Part shown: in pieces, positions 9,644-20,926 of the stretch
Layout of the letters: each line of letters begins with the position of its first letter
Numbering within the stretch: position 1 is the stretch's first letter
NCBI GenBank assembly: GCA_963727825.1
Contig: CAVSHO010000009.1
Coordinates: forward strand, 96,001-160,000
DNA from: Ignavibacteriota bacterium
GTDB taxonomy: Bacteria; Bacteroidota; Ignavibacteria; UBA10030
Reading direction: 5' to 3'
Length of the DNA stretch: 64,000 bases
Position numbers and translations under genes: made by a program
The notes under the pieces: generated by a model
Database searches by the model: none
Seen by the model: the letters and a program-made list of their open reading frames with translations, nothing else
What the model was told of the DNA's origin: nothing

Positions 9644-12461
9644 ATGTCCACTCTATCTCGGTATACCAGAACATTCATCCTATTGATGATTATTGTTTAT
9701 ACATCCTTCGGTGCAAACCTCACAGAAAAGCAACGATCAAAACTGCATCCATTGTTTCAATCTGTGATAACAAATTCGTCCCAGCCATTGTCAAAGACGT
9801 CTAGCAAGTCACATCGCATCGCATCTACTGTTTCCAGTGATGGCACAATTCGTTATAGCGCCATTGTGTACACTCGCGATGTTGAAACGCTTCGCTCAAT
9901 GGGAATACAAGTAAATTCTGTGCTTCCGGAATTTGTTACTGCACAGCTCACGCCATCGGAAATGATAAGGCTTGCTGATCTTGAAAGCGTGAGGTTCATT
10001 GATCCCGGCAAAATGCATCGTCCACTGCTCGATGTCAGTGTTCCCGAAACCGGTGCAACACTTTTGCATTCAAGTTTTATCAATAACACTCCTTATAAAG
10101 GAGCTGGAGCGATTGTCTTGATCTTTGATACCGGCATTGATTGGAAGCATTTAGATTTTAGGAAAGTCGGAGATACAACCAAATCACGTATTTTATATAT
10201 TTGGGATCAAACTTTAACTCCAAATTCAAAAGAACATTCACCAACAGGATTTACTTATGGTGTTGAATACACTGAGGCACAGATTGAAGGCGAGTTGAGC
10301 GGTTCAGCAAGAGGTGTTGTGCGCGAAAAGGATACGGTCGGGCACGGAACACATGTGGCAAGTACAGCCGCCGGAAATGGCCAAGCGTTCAATAATAAGT
10401 ATATCGGTATGGCCCCTGAAGCAGATATTATTGTTGTAAAAGGCGGAGATGGGAGTTTTTCAGAAACTGGAGAGATCGATGGTCTAACATATGCACAGAA
10501 TAAAGCAACGGCATTGAAAGAACCGATCGTTGTCAATATGAGTCTTGGAGGTCCAATTGGCCCGCACGACGGAACAAATGGTGATGAAGTTGCGGTGAAC
10601 TCTTTTGTTAATAGTAATTCCGGCCGCGTGGTTTGTATTGCAGCAGGTAATGATGGTTCAAACCCAATACATACAAATGGAACTGTGGGCAATGATTCGC
10701 CGGACTCTATCTCTATCAGCGTTCCTTCTTACAAACCATATACTCCCGGGGCAGGTAACAATTATTTCGTTTTCGATGTATGGCTGCAAACCACTAAAGC
10801 ATTGAGCGCATCAGTGAAATCACCAAATAATATTGTTTTCTATAGCCAACTGAATAATGAAGTATATGGACCAAATCATTCAGACGGATCAATTGATATT
10901 TACGATGAAATTGATCCTCAAAATTCACATCGCCATTTACAAGTTTTTATTTACGATTCAACTTCTTCTGTACCTAGAACTGGTACATTGGACCATTACT
11001 CTAAGTACAACCGAAACCTCAGTTACCTACGATGCATGGATAGATAGCGATCTTAACGGGCCATCGGCAAGCTTTGTTAGAGGCGGGAATACAAATGAAA
11101 CTGTTGAAATGCCAGGAACTGCTGCTGAAGCGATTACGGTTGGCGCCTATGAGACAAAGTACAGTTGGGTTACAAGTAGTGGGAGTTATCACAGCTATGG
11201 TGACTATGGTGAAACAGATCGAACTAGCAATATTTCATCATTCAGTAGTATTGGACCGACAGCTGATAATAGACAGAAACCAGACATCGCTGCTCCAGGT
11301 CAAGGTATTGTTGCCGCATTCTCCAGCGGTGACGTAACTGAATCAGCATCGGATATTATCGTCAGCAATAAATATCTCCTCATGCAGGGCACAAGTATGG
11401 CTACGCCGCATGTGACAGGAGCTACAGCATTGCTTCTTGGTGCTAAACCATCTTTGACTACGGCTCAGATCAAAAATTATTTTACTAGCACGGCAAGAAC
11501 CGATGCCTTTACTTCCACTGTATGGAACTCATCATGGGGATATGGTAAGATGGATATCTACAAAGCCATGGCGGGCGCAGTCGGTGCATCGGGGTCAAGT
11601 CGAGCAATACTCTCCTATTACAGTGGATCAGCACCATATATTACGACAATACCAACTATTACGTCAATACCAACATCAAATCAGAAGGTCGCAATACGCT
11701 TCACTCCAGCAACAAACGGCAAACTTGTAAGTGTTGCTGTAAATATAGGAGGTGGAGCAAATGCGATCAATGGAACTGGAAGTTTGAAAGTTACCGCAAC
11801 CAATAGCATTACTGGAAGTGTCGGTTTTATCCCCGGCACACAGATTGGTAACAGCGTTCTCGTTCCACTCAGTTCATTGAATCCTGGAGTTGCTAACGTA
11901 ATCGATTTATCTTCTTCGGGAGTGTCTGTAACATCTGGAACAGATTTTCAAATAGTAATTGAAGATACCACGGCTACAGATGCTATTCAGCTAGTATTGG
12001 ACGATGGATCACTTAATATCGATCGCACTTCATCATATCGAACAGGTGCAAATGGCATATTGGGATGGTACAACAGGTCCGATCCGAATTATATTAGTTC
12101 TACTCCAGCGTATACACCTGCTCATTATAATTTATTCATCACGGCAGAGATCGCAGTACCGGTAACGGATGTTGAACGCATTTCTAATGTTTTGCCAACT
12201 TCATTTTCGCTTAAGCAGAACTATCCTAATCCATTTAATCCAACCACGAACATAGAATATAGCATTCCTATAAAAGGAGTTGTAAAACTTCAGATATTTG
12301 ATATTCTTGGCAGGTCAATAGCCACACTGGTGAATACAACTCAAGAGGCAGGAGTTTATCACACAACATGGGATGGAAAAGCAGTAGCGTCAGGTGTATA
12401 TTTCTATAAGCTGGAAAGCGGTAGTTTTTCAAAAACCGAACGGATGCTCCTCTTGAAGTAA
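9644..12461 (+). CDS. Subtilisin-like S8 serine peptidase with T9SS type-A/Por sorting tail (frame break near 10988)
   Basis: Catalytic triad IFDTGID / GHGTHVA / GTSMATPHV, oxyanion AAGND, C-terminal LKQNYPNPFNP...SGVYFYKL...MLLLK. The two track ORFs join if one T is removed from ACATTGG. Confidence 0.9.
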
Positions 12462-12488
12462 AACACAGTAGTGATCATGCTAAGGCGG

Positions 12489-12633
12489 TGTCAGGAGTTC
12501 CCAGATTGTGTAAAAACAGTCATTCCGAACTTGTTTCGGAATTTGTTCCTTTGAAATCTAATAAATTTTATAGATGCTGAAACAAGTTCAGCATGACAAA
12601 CAGACTTTTTACACAGTCTCGAAAGTCCTGACA
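12489..12633. repeat. Nested palindromic MITE/REP-like element
   Basis: Outer IR TGTCAGGA.../...TCCTGACA; middle IR AGATTGTGTAAAAA (12503-12516) / TTTTTACACAGTCT (12606-12619); inner inverted hairpin pair at 12519-12544 and 12572-12597. Confidence 0.8.
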
Positions 12634-12672
12634 GCACATGGAATGCGACAAGGCTTTTGCATTTTTCTCTAT

Positions 12673-12701
12673 TTGCCATTCTTCCACCGCTTCATTATAT
12701 T
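12673..12701 (+). promoter_or_regulatory. Putative sigma70-type promoter
   Basis: TTGCCA-17 nt-TATATT upstream of the FAH gene. Confidence 0.5.
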
Positions 12702-12727
12702 GAGTTTTCCAAGGCAAGGACATCTCA

Positions 12728-13400
12728 ATGAAATCAGTCATTCTTCGCGGCACGGATAAGCTCTATACAGTGGGCAAAATCATTTGCCTCGGACAGAATT
12801 ATGTTGAACATGCCAAGGAAATGAAATTTGATATACCCACCTCCCCTGTGTTCTTCTTCAAACCTTCAAGCGCAATTATTTATGATAATGGACAAATTGT
12901 CCTTCCTGAAATATCGAACGATGTCCACCATGAAGTTGAGATGACTGTACTAATTGGCGAAGGAGGAAACAACATCCATCGATCTGCCGCCTTGAAGCAT
13001 GTTGCAGGATATGGAATTGGGCTTGATATGACGATGCGCGATGTCCAGAATGAAGCAAAGAAAAAAGGCCTTCCGTGGGCGCTTGCCAAAGGGTTTGATA
13101 CTGCCGCTCCTGTATCGGAATTTATTCCAGCCGGAACTGGTCGGCGACCTGGGTTCGCTTAATGTCCAATTGCTCATCAACGGAAAACTCCGGCAATCGT
13201 CCAGTACTAGTAAATTTGTATTCCCTGTCGATAAAGTTATATCTTATATATCTCAATTCATAACATTTGAACCGGGAGATATTATTTTCACAGGGACGCC
13301 GGAAGGTGTCTCGCGTGTTGAGCATGGCGATAAATTAGAAGCTTCATTGCTTGATGCCAATAAAAACATATTGACATCTTTGTCTGTAAGCGTACAGTAG
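12728..13400 (+). CDS. Fumarylacetoacetate hydrolase family protein (frame break near 13133)
   Basis: GKIICLGQNYVEHAKE, HHEVE, LDMTMRDVQ, WALAKGFDT, then FEPGDIIFTGTPEGV in the next frame; extra G in GCCGGAA. Confidence 0.9.
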
Positions 13401-13469
13401 GAATTAAACAAAAGTTGATTTATAATATAAGAAAGCAGATTGCTGATAACCGATTACTGAAAGCTTCTA

Positions 13470-14283
13470 TTGACCAAAATTATCACTATAGCGATTCCAA
13501 AAGGCGGCGTCGGGAAAACAACGACAGCAGTGAATCTTGCTGCAAGTTTCGCTGTTCTTGAAAAACGCGTTCTGCTCATCGACACGGATCCATTTGGTGC
13601 TTGTAGTATGTCGCTCGGTTTTACGCAAGAGAAAACCAAAGGCGGATTATATGAAGTCTTCAACTTCATGCACTCGATGGCTCAGGTAATTCACCGAACG
13701 GACATTGCATTCTTGGATTTCGTTCCCACGAACATTACTTCGACACAAGCAGAAGAGCGAATGATGCGTCTCGCCGAAAATCGCACATTATTGAAAAACA
13801 TCCTTCGCACTATTGCACCTCACTATGATTATATTGTTATCGACACGCCGCCGATCCTTCGCGGGTTGACAACCAACGCCCTAACTTGCGCTGATTCAGG
13901 TACTCATACCAATTAAATCCGGACATTTCTCGCTGGAAGGTATTGACAAATTATTCAAGTACTTCGACTGGATTCGCGAAGCCGCAAACAAAACTCTGCA
14001 AATTGAGGGCATACTTCAAACCATGTACGAACCGCACACGAAAGTTGCGGAAATAACCGACCGCGAATTGCAATTACGTTTCCGCAAATATATAATTAAA
14101 ACGATCATTCCAAAAAATACTCAACTGGCAGAAGCATCCTTTTATGGCAAACCAGCTGTACTTTTCAACGCCGCATCTAGAGGCGCACTGGCTTATTTAG
14201 AACTTGCACGCGAACTCATTGATCGACACGAAGCGGCAATGCAACCTGAAACAACAATTACCACGCAAATCCAATCTGTATAA
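13470..14283 (+). CDS. ParA/Soj-family ATPase (frame break near 13899)
   Basis: Deviant Walker A KGGVGKTT, YDYIVIDTPP, C-terminal LAEASFYGKP...GALAYLELA; extra G in TCAGGTACT. Confidence 0.88.
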
Positions 14284-14405
14284 GGTTCTGTATTCTAACC
14301 CTTGTCGTTGATTTCGTTCACCTTTTTTCGTTAATTAATAAAGAAATGAAACAAACGTTCGGGTAGCAATAGACTGCCCTTTTCTATATCGAAGACAAAA
14401 TCCGA

Positions 14406-17154
14406 ATGAGCACACAGGAACTTTCAAAAACATATAATCCAAAAGACGTTGAAGACAAATGGTATTCCTGGTGGGAATCAAATCACCTCTTCCACTCTGT
14501 TGTGAATAAAGATAAAACACCGTACACAATCGTTATTCCGCCGCCAAACATCACCGGCATTTTGACGATGGGACATGTACTGAACAATACTTTACAAGAT
14601 GTATTCGTTCGATGGAAACGCATGCAGGGATTTGAAGCTTGCTGGATTCCAGGAACCGACCACGCCGGCATTGCGACACAGAACGCAGTTGAAAAATCTC
14701 TCGCCAAAGAAGGCAAGCATCGCCACGATCTCGGCCGAGAAAAATTCATAGAACTGGTATGGCAATGGCGGGAAAATTACGGAAAGACTATCATAAGACA
14801 GCTGAGAAAATTGGGCGTATCGTGCGACTGGGAACGCGAGCGCTTTACAATGGATGAAGGATTATCGAATGCGGTAAAAGAAGTTTTCATACGATTGTTC
14901 GATAAGGGACTTATCTATCGCGGTAAATACATTGTCAATTGGTGCCCACAGCATCAAACCGCGATTAGCGATGATGAAGTTAATCATACAGAAGCAAACG
15001 GTAATCTCTATTATATAAAATATCAAATTGCCGGATCTGATGAACAAGCGATCATCGCTACAACGCGCCCGGAAACAATGCTCGGCGATACTGCTCTTTG
15101 CGTTCACCCTAAAGATGAGCGCTACAAACATTTGGTTGGCAAGACAGCTATTCTGCCAATCGTTGGACGTAAACTTCCAATAATTGCTGATGATTATATC
15201 GATTTAAGCTTCGGTACCGGTATAATGAAAGTAACACCTGCGCATGACGCCAACGACTTCCTTCTTGGTCAGCGGCATGAACTTCCACAAATAAATATAT
15301 TTGATGAAACTGCACATCTCAATGCTTCTGTTCCAAAACAATACGAAGGCATGGATCGTTTTGAATGCCGTGAGCAGCTTGTAAAAGATTTAGAAGCCCA
15401 AAGTTTTCTACTGAAAATCGAACCGTACGTGCATAACATCGGCAAATGTTATCGTTGCAATACAATTACAGAGCCTTGGCTTTCCGATCAGTGGTTTGTA
15501 AAAATGAAACCTCTTGCCGAACCGGCGTTGCGTGTGGTGCATGAAGATAAAGTGCAGTTCCATCCTGACCGATGGATAAAAGTGTATGAACATTGGATGA
15601 CAAACATCCGCGACTGGTGCATCTCGCGCCAACTCTGGTGGGGACATCGTATTCCTGTTTATTATGCACCGGACGGCAACTATGTCCCGGCACGCAACGA
15701 AGAAGAAGCGCGCAAGAAACTTGGTGTTGCTGCGGACATCCCGATCCGTCAAGACGAAGATGTATTAGACACTTGGTTCTCGTCATGGCTCTGGCCATTC
15801 TCCACCCTCGGTTGGCCGGAAGATAATGCAGACCTGCATTATTTCAATCCAACCGACACACTCGTCACTGCACCCGATATTATTTTCTTCTGGGTAGCGC
15901 GGATGATTATGGCAAACATGGAATTTATGAAAGGCACGCCGGGCTGCGACGGCAAACCCCGCAAAAAAGATGATGACTTGATTCCATTCCGCGACGTTTA
16001 CTTTACCAGCATTATTCGCGATGAACAAGGGCGCAAAATGAGCAAGTCATTAGGAAATTCGCCAGACCCTCTCGACGTTATAGATCAGTACGGTGCGGAT
16101 GCTCTGCGTTTCACCATTGCCTATCTTTCTCCACTCGGCCAGGATGTACTATTCGCATCGGAGAAGTGCGACCTTGGCCGCAATTTCGCAAATAAAATCT
16201 GGAACGCCGGCCGTTTTCTTTTGATGAACAAACAGGAAATCATCGGCAATGATAACATCTCGCTTGACAAACTGCCGATAGAAAATCTTGATCTTGCCGA
16301 TCGGTGGATTCTCTCCCGGCTAAATCAAGCCACTAAATCATTCAATACTTCACTTGATCAATTCCATGTCAACGAAGCAACAAAACTGATCTATGATTTT
16401 ATCTGGCATGATTTCTGCGATTGGTATGTGGAGATGGTAAAGACGCGCTTCTATGGCGACGAACCGAAGGAAGTAAAAACCGCCGTTGTGACGCGTGCGC
16501 TTTGGATTTTCGATCAAGCACTTCGTTTGCTGCATCCGGTAATGCCATTCATTTCGGAAGAATTGTGGCAGAATCTGAGCAATCGCAAAGGACAATCGCT
16601 CATGCGTGCCGCTTTCCCGAATGTCGACGAAGCATTATATCAATCAAACGGTCGAAGATGAATTGAATTTTATAATTAAAGTCATCGAAGCAGTAAGGAA
16701 TATTCGTGGCGAGTTGAATGTTGCGCCATCAAAACAAATTGAAGTGCATTTGCATCTTCATGGCGAGTTTGGCGAGAAGTTAGCTGTCAATGCTAATTAC
16801 ATTCAAGGGCTTCTAAACTATGTCGACCGTCTTTGCCGTGCGAAAACAGTACCAACATGGGCTCGCGAATCAGAAAAATTTGAACGACCCAAAGCATCAG
16901 CCAGTGCAGTAGTTGATGGAACGGAAATATATGTTCCGCTTGTTGGTATTATTGATCTTGATGCTGAACAGAAACGACTGGAAAAAGAAATCGCGCGATT
17001 GCAGGGATTGGTCGATAGTATTGGGCGGAAATTAACAAACGCCAGTTTCATTGAGCGTGCACCGAAAGATGTGGTGGAAAAAGAACGCGAAAAACAAAAG
17101 AACATTACCTCGAATATGGAGAAGTTGAGAGCGAGCTTAGAGCAGTTGAGTTAA
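14406..17154 (+). CDS. valS: Valine--tRNA ligase (frame break near 16635)
   Basis: PPPNITGILTMGH (HIGH), DWCISRQLWWGH, KMSKS; the C-terminal coiled coil KLTNASFIERAP lies in the second frame. Confidence 0.97.
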
Positions 17155-17194
17155 AATCACTTTTTGCTTTTTACTTTTTACTTTGGACCTTGCT

Positions 17195-17566
17195 ATGTAT
17201 ACAGTCACAATAGAAACAGAATTCTCCGCCGCGCACATTATCCGTGGATATAACGGCCCATGTTCACGTCCCCATGGACACAATTGGAAAGTCAAGGCGA
17301 AAGTTCAAACTGACGTTCTTGATAATCTCGGTATGAGTATTGATTTCTATGTGCTCCAGAAAAAGACAGAAGAAATCATTGCTAAGTTTGACCATCGCGA
17401 TCTTAACACAATTCCGCCGTTCGACAAAGCTTTGAATCCGACATCAGAAAATATCGCACGTTATATTTATGATGAATTAAAAAATGTATTACCTGCGAAT
17501 GTGAAACTTTTGTCTGTTGCTATTGGCGAAACTGGAAAATACACGGCAAAGTATTCAGAGGTTTAG
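17195..17566 (+). CDS. queD: 6-carboxytetrahydropterin synthase
   Basis: FSAAH, C.RPHGHNW, DHRDLN, NPTSENIA; ATG at 17195 preferred over the upstream TTG. Confidence 0.93.
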   Translation: MYTVTIETEFSAAHIIRGYNGPCSRPHGHNWKVKAKVQTDVLDNLGMSIDFYVLQKKTEEIIAKFDHRDLNTIPPFDKALNPTSENIARYIYDELKNVLPANVKLLSVAIGETGKYTAKYSEV

Positions 17567-17590
17567 CGAAGTATCAGAACTTCAACGACA

Positions 17591-18250
17591 ATGATATCGC
17601 CTTCACCAAACTCTCTCATCGTCAATGAAATTTTCTTAAGTATCCAGGGTGAATCGACGCGCATCGGACTGCCATGCATATTTGTCCGGCTGACTTCATG
17701 CGATCTCCGATGTGCCTGGTGCGATACAGCTTATGCCTTCAATGAAGGCACAGAAATGAGTATCGATATAATTTTTAAAAAGGTAGAGGAATACAAATGC
17801 AAGCTCGTTGAAATAACAGGCGGCGAACCGCTTCTTCAGACAAATGTTCACGCCTTAATGAAACGCCTATGCGATGGACGTTACGATGTAATGATAGAAA
17901 CAGGCGGACATCGGGATATAACATGCATTGATCCGCGCGTCAAACGTATTATGGATATCAAATGCCCCGGCAGTTTAATGGAAAAGCGTAATCTTTGGGA
18001 AAACATAGAAGCGCTTACAGCACAAGATGAAGTAAAGTTTGTTATCGCTGATGAAACCGATTACGAATGGGCAAAGAAAGTCATTCAAAAGTACAACTTA
18101 TCAGACCGATGCACAGTTTTAATATCGCCTGTGTTTGGCAACATAGAAAACCGTACTTTAGCGGAGTGGATTTTACGCGATCAAATTGATGTACGGTTTC
18201 AATTGCAAATACAAAAATATATTTGGGATCCGACGACAAAAGGAGTATAA
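17591..18250 (+). CDS. queE: 7-carboxy-7-deazaguanine synthase (radical SAM)
   Basis: SIQGES, CDLRCAWCDT, TGGEPLLQ. Confidence 0.93.
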   Translation: MISPSPNSLIVNEIFLSIQGESTRIGLPCIFVRLTSCDLRCAWCDTAYAFNEGTEMSIDIIFKKVEEYKCKLVEITGGEPLLQTNVHALMKRLCDGRYDVMIETGGHRDITCIDPRVKRIMDIKCPGSLMEKRNLWENIEALTAQDEVKFVIADETDYEWAKKVIQKYNLSDRCTVLISPVFGNIENRTLAEWILRDQIDVRFQLQIQKYIWDPTTKGV

Positions 18251-18251
18251 A

Positions 18252-18620
18252 ATGAATCCAATCGACAAACTTGAAACATTCGACAACAAATATCCGGGCC
18301 GCGATTATACTGTGACGATAGTAAATCCGGAATTCACTTCCGTTTGTCCAAAAACCGGCTTACCGGATTTCGGAATAATCACTATCAACTATATTCCCAA
18401 TAAAAAATGCGTCGAACTGAAATCGTTGAAGTACTATTTTCTTGAGTTCCGTTCTATGGGAATTTTTTATGAGACCGTTACTAATAAAATTCTGGATGAC
18501 ATGGTGACAATGTTGAAACCGAAATGGATTGAAGTGATCGGATCATTCACTGCCCGAGGAGGTATTTCTACAACCGTCAAAACTGTACATTCAGAAAAAG
18601 GAAGACGTAAAATTAAATGA
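18252..18620 (+). CDS. queF: NADPH-dependent preQ0 reductase (short type I)
   Basis: [30 protein letters not shown]; ATG at 18252. Confidence 0.93.
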   Translation: MNPIDKLETFDNKYPGRDYTVTIVNPEFTSVCPKTGLPDFGIITINYIPNKKCVELKSLKYYFLEFRSMGIFYETVTNKILDDMVTMLKPKWIEVIGSFTARGGISTTVKTVHSEKGRRKIK

Positions 18621-19321
18621 GCAAGTCACGCGCGGTTGTACTGGTAAGCGGAGGAATGGATAGCTGCGTAACTGCTGCTATCGCTAATCTTCAACACGAA
18701 TTAGCTTTTTTGCATGTGAACTATTGTCAACGGACGGAGCGGCGTGAACTGAAAGCATTTTATGCACTAGCCAAACATTATGATGTTCAGCAGCAGCTGA
18801 TTGCTAATTTAACGCATCTTAAATCCATTGGTGGTTCCAGCCTCACCGATGCACACATGAAAGTGACGGAAGCCGATCCGGAAAAACTTTTTCATTCTAA
18901 GAAAAACGACATTCCGACTTCGTATGTTCCATTTCGGAACTCTAATATTCTATCTGTGGCGGTAAGCTGGGCGGAAGTTATAGGTGCCGAGTATATTTTC
19001 ATCGGCGCAGTGGAAGAAGATAGTTCCGGTTATCCCGATTGTCGAAAAGAATTTTACAATGCCTTCAACAAAGTAATTGACTTAGGAACGAAACCTGAAA
19101 CTAATATCTCTATATGTACTCCTGTTATCAATCTAAAAAAATCTGAAATCGTGCAGCGCGGAATAGAGTTGGATGCACCTTTTGAATTGACATGGTCGTG
19201 TTATACAGATGAAGATCGCGCATGCGGAATTTGTGACAGCTGCGCGTTACGCCTTCGAGCATTCCAGATTGCCGGAGTTGAAGATCCAATTCCTTACTCT
19301 ATCAAGCCAAATTATATATGA
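18617..19321 (+). CDS. queC: 7-cyano-7-deazaguanine synthase
   Basis: SGGMDS, YVPFRN, GYPDCR, TWSCY...CGICDSC. Confidence 0.95.
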   Translation: MSKSRAVVLVSGGMDSCVTAAIANLQHELAFLHVNYCQRTERRELKAFYALAKHYDVQQQLIANLTHLKSIGGSSLTDAHMKVTEADPEKLFHSKKNDIPTSYVPFRNSNILSVAVSWAEVIGAEYIFIGAVEEDSSGYPDCRKEFYNAFNKVIDLGTKPETNISICTPVINLKKSEIVQRGIELDAPFELTWSCYTDEDRACGICDSCALRLRAFQIAGVEDPIPYSIKPNYI

Positions 19322-19460
19322 GAGTAAGTTCATCCTGAGCGTTGCAAATGACTGAATAGTTATGTTCCCATCAGAAATCCTTCGCAATATTCTCAAACTA
19401 TTTCAACTCCTCTCGCGAGGATTTAAATCCAGTTTCTCGCTCAATCCATCGGAGAAAAGC

Positions 19461-20090
19461 ATGAACCAACCCGGCGCGAATCGGCCGATTCCGGTCGCTC
19501 GTCGTAATATATGTCCACACTGTAAACTGGATATTCCAGATGGTGCGCGTGTGTGCCATCACTGCCATCAATTCGTGAGCGTGAGATTCAATCTGGCAAA
19601 CATTATCACTATTCTTGTCTCTGTCGCAGCTGTAGCGATGTCTGTTTACTCGCTTTATATGACTGCTACACAAGCACGAGTATCAAAAGATATTGAGAGT
19701 AGCCGTTTCCTTATAGAAACACTTCATAGTATGCAACAGGTACAGGATGAATTGCAAATGTCGCGTGAAAAATCCGGTGGTGAGGACAATTTGAGTGAGA
19801 AACAAATATTACTTCTGAATTATTATCAATTACTCTCTCGAACATTAGCACGATACATCAAACAAGAACCATCATTGTTCGTGAAGATGCGATGCACATA
19901 CGAACCATCCATCCGGATGAGGCAAAATCCCTCAACAAAATCTAAGCAACTTGGAACTTTGTACAAGGATGAAGAAGTTTTTAGACTTGGAAATTTTCGG
20001 GACAGTAAAGGTGATATGTGGTATTATGTTGCCAGCGCCGACCAACAAAAGATTGGATGGATTTATAAGTATTTGGAAATTGTTCAGTAA
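19461..20090 (+). CDS. Hypothetical membrane protein: zinc ribbon, one TM helix, C-terminal SH3b-like domain
   Basis: CPHC-x10-CHHC, hydrophobic helix IITILVSVAAVAMSVYSL, and IRMRQNPST.S..LG.L...WYYV...IGWIY. Start may be 19362. Confidence 0.6.
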   Translation: MNQPGANRPIPVARRNICPHCKLDIPDGARVCHHCHQFVSVRFNLANIITILVSVAAVAMSVYSLYMTATQARVSKDIESSRFLIETLHSMQQVQDELQMSREKSGGEDNLSEKQILLLNYYQLLSRTLARYIKQEPSLFVKMRCTYEPSIRMRQNPSTKSKQLGTLYKDEEVFRLGNFRDSKGDMWYYVASADQQKIGWIYKYLEIVQ

Positions 20091-20091
20091 T

Positions 20092-20126
20092 TAACCTTGT
20101 CAAAGTTTTGAACTTTGACAAGGTTA
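20092..20126. repeat. Perfect hairpin (REP-like, possible bidirectional terminator)
   Basis: TAACCTTGTCAAAGTT-ttg-AACTTTGACAAGGTTA between convergent genes. Confidence 0.8.
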
Positions 20127-20131
20127 CTATT

Positions 20132-20685
20132 CTACACCACCCATTTAATTGAGCAACCAATAGACGGAAATTGTTCTTGCGTGAGCGGTTTTCCAGAAAC
20201 GAGATTCTCAATCGCTTCCTTGAGTTCTTCTTTCGTTACTTTCGATTCATCCTGCCAGTTGTCATCCACACGGCCGTGATAGACGAGCTTCTGTGATGCA
20301 TCAAACAAGTAAATATCAGGTGTGCATTGCGCTTTGAATTCGCGCGCCGTCTTTTGCGTGTTGTCAATCAGATAAGGAAACGGAATTTCCCATTCCTTTA
20401 TTTTTTTCTGCATCTCATCCGGTGAGTCATCTGGATAATCCGGATTGATATTAGGATTAATTGCCAGTGACATTCACGCCGTTTTTCTGCGCATAGAGTG
20501 CTAAGTCGAATAATGCGCGGCCACACCGCCTTCGCGTATGGACAGTGATTACAAGTGAATACTATGAGCAATCCTTTTTTCCCGAATGCATAATCGCTTA
20601 CCTGAATAACACCATTTGGATCTCTTAAAATAAATTTTGGCATCTTCGTGCCAAATGGTATGTCAAAGGATTCTAATCGTGCCAT
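20132..20685 (-). CDS. Thioredoxin-fold AhpC/TSA-like redoxin (frame breaks near 20460-20500)
   Basis: FTCNHCPY, then INPN..YPDDS...AQCTPDIYLFD...YHGRVDD...SIGCSIKW; split over two track ORFs. Confidence 0.85.
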
Positions 20686-20926
20686 TGCATATTCTCCTAT
20701 AAATCTGTGTATTACATCAATTTTAAAACCAGAAGAATCTAATAAAAGTTTCCATTATTTTCAGGCGCTTGCAATTCAAATGAAATTGGCAGACATTTGG
20801 ACGTTTATTATTGTATTTAAGCTGTCAATAATCCCTTTTTATGGGGTCATCCACAATCTGATTTTCCATATTCATTTTTAGGAAGACAGAGAAGAAAAAC
20901 AAACGAACCATAATATTGAGGTTTAA

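Noticed and set aside
11640-11675. 18-bp tandem duplication (ITTIPT/ITSIPT) in the subtilase
   Set aside because: Two copies in a linker region; ordinary slippage with no sign of phase variation.
12491-12759. Short track ORFs across the nested palindrome
   Set aside because: They are translations of the repeat element and the promoter region, with no RBS or protein-like features.
14284-14405. Possible T-box or riboswitch before valS (also checked for a preQ1 riboswitch before queD)
   Set aside because: No T-box consensus or preQ1 aptamer is recognisable, and the leaders are short.
16600-16670. Programmed frameshifting or a split valS
   Set aside because: No slippery heptamer or stimulatory structure is visible, and the same single-base duplication pattern affects many unrelated genes, which points to sequencing error.
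17195-19321. queDEFC as part of a 7-deazaguanine DNA-modification (dpd) system linked to the MTase region
   Set aside because: No dpdA/tgt paralog or other dpd genes are in the window, and queF is present, which fits ordinary tRNA queuosine synthesis.
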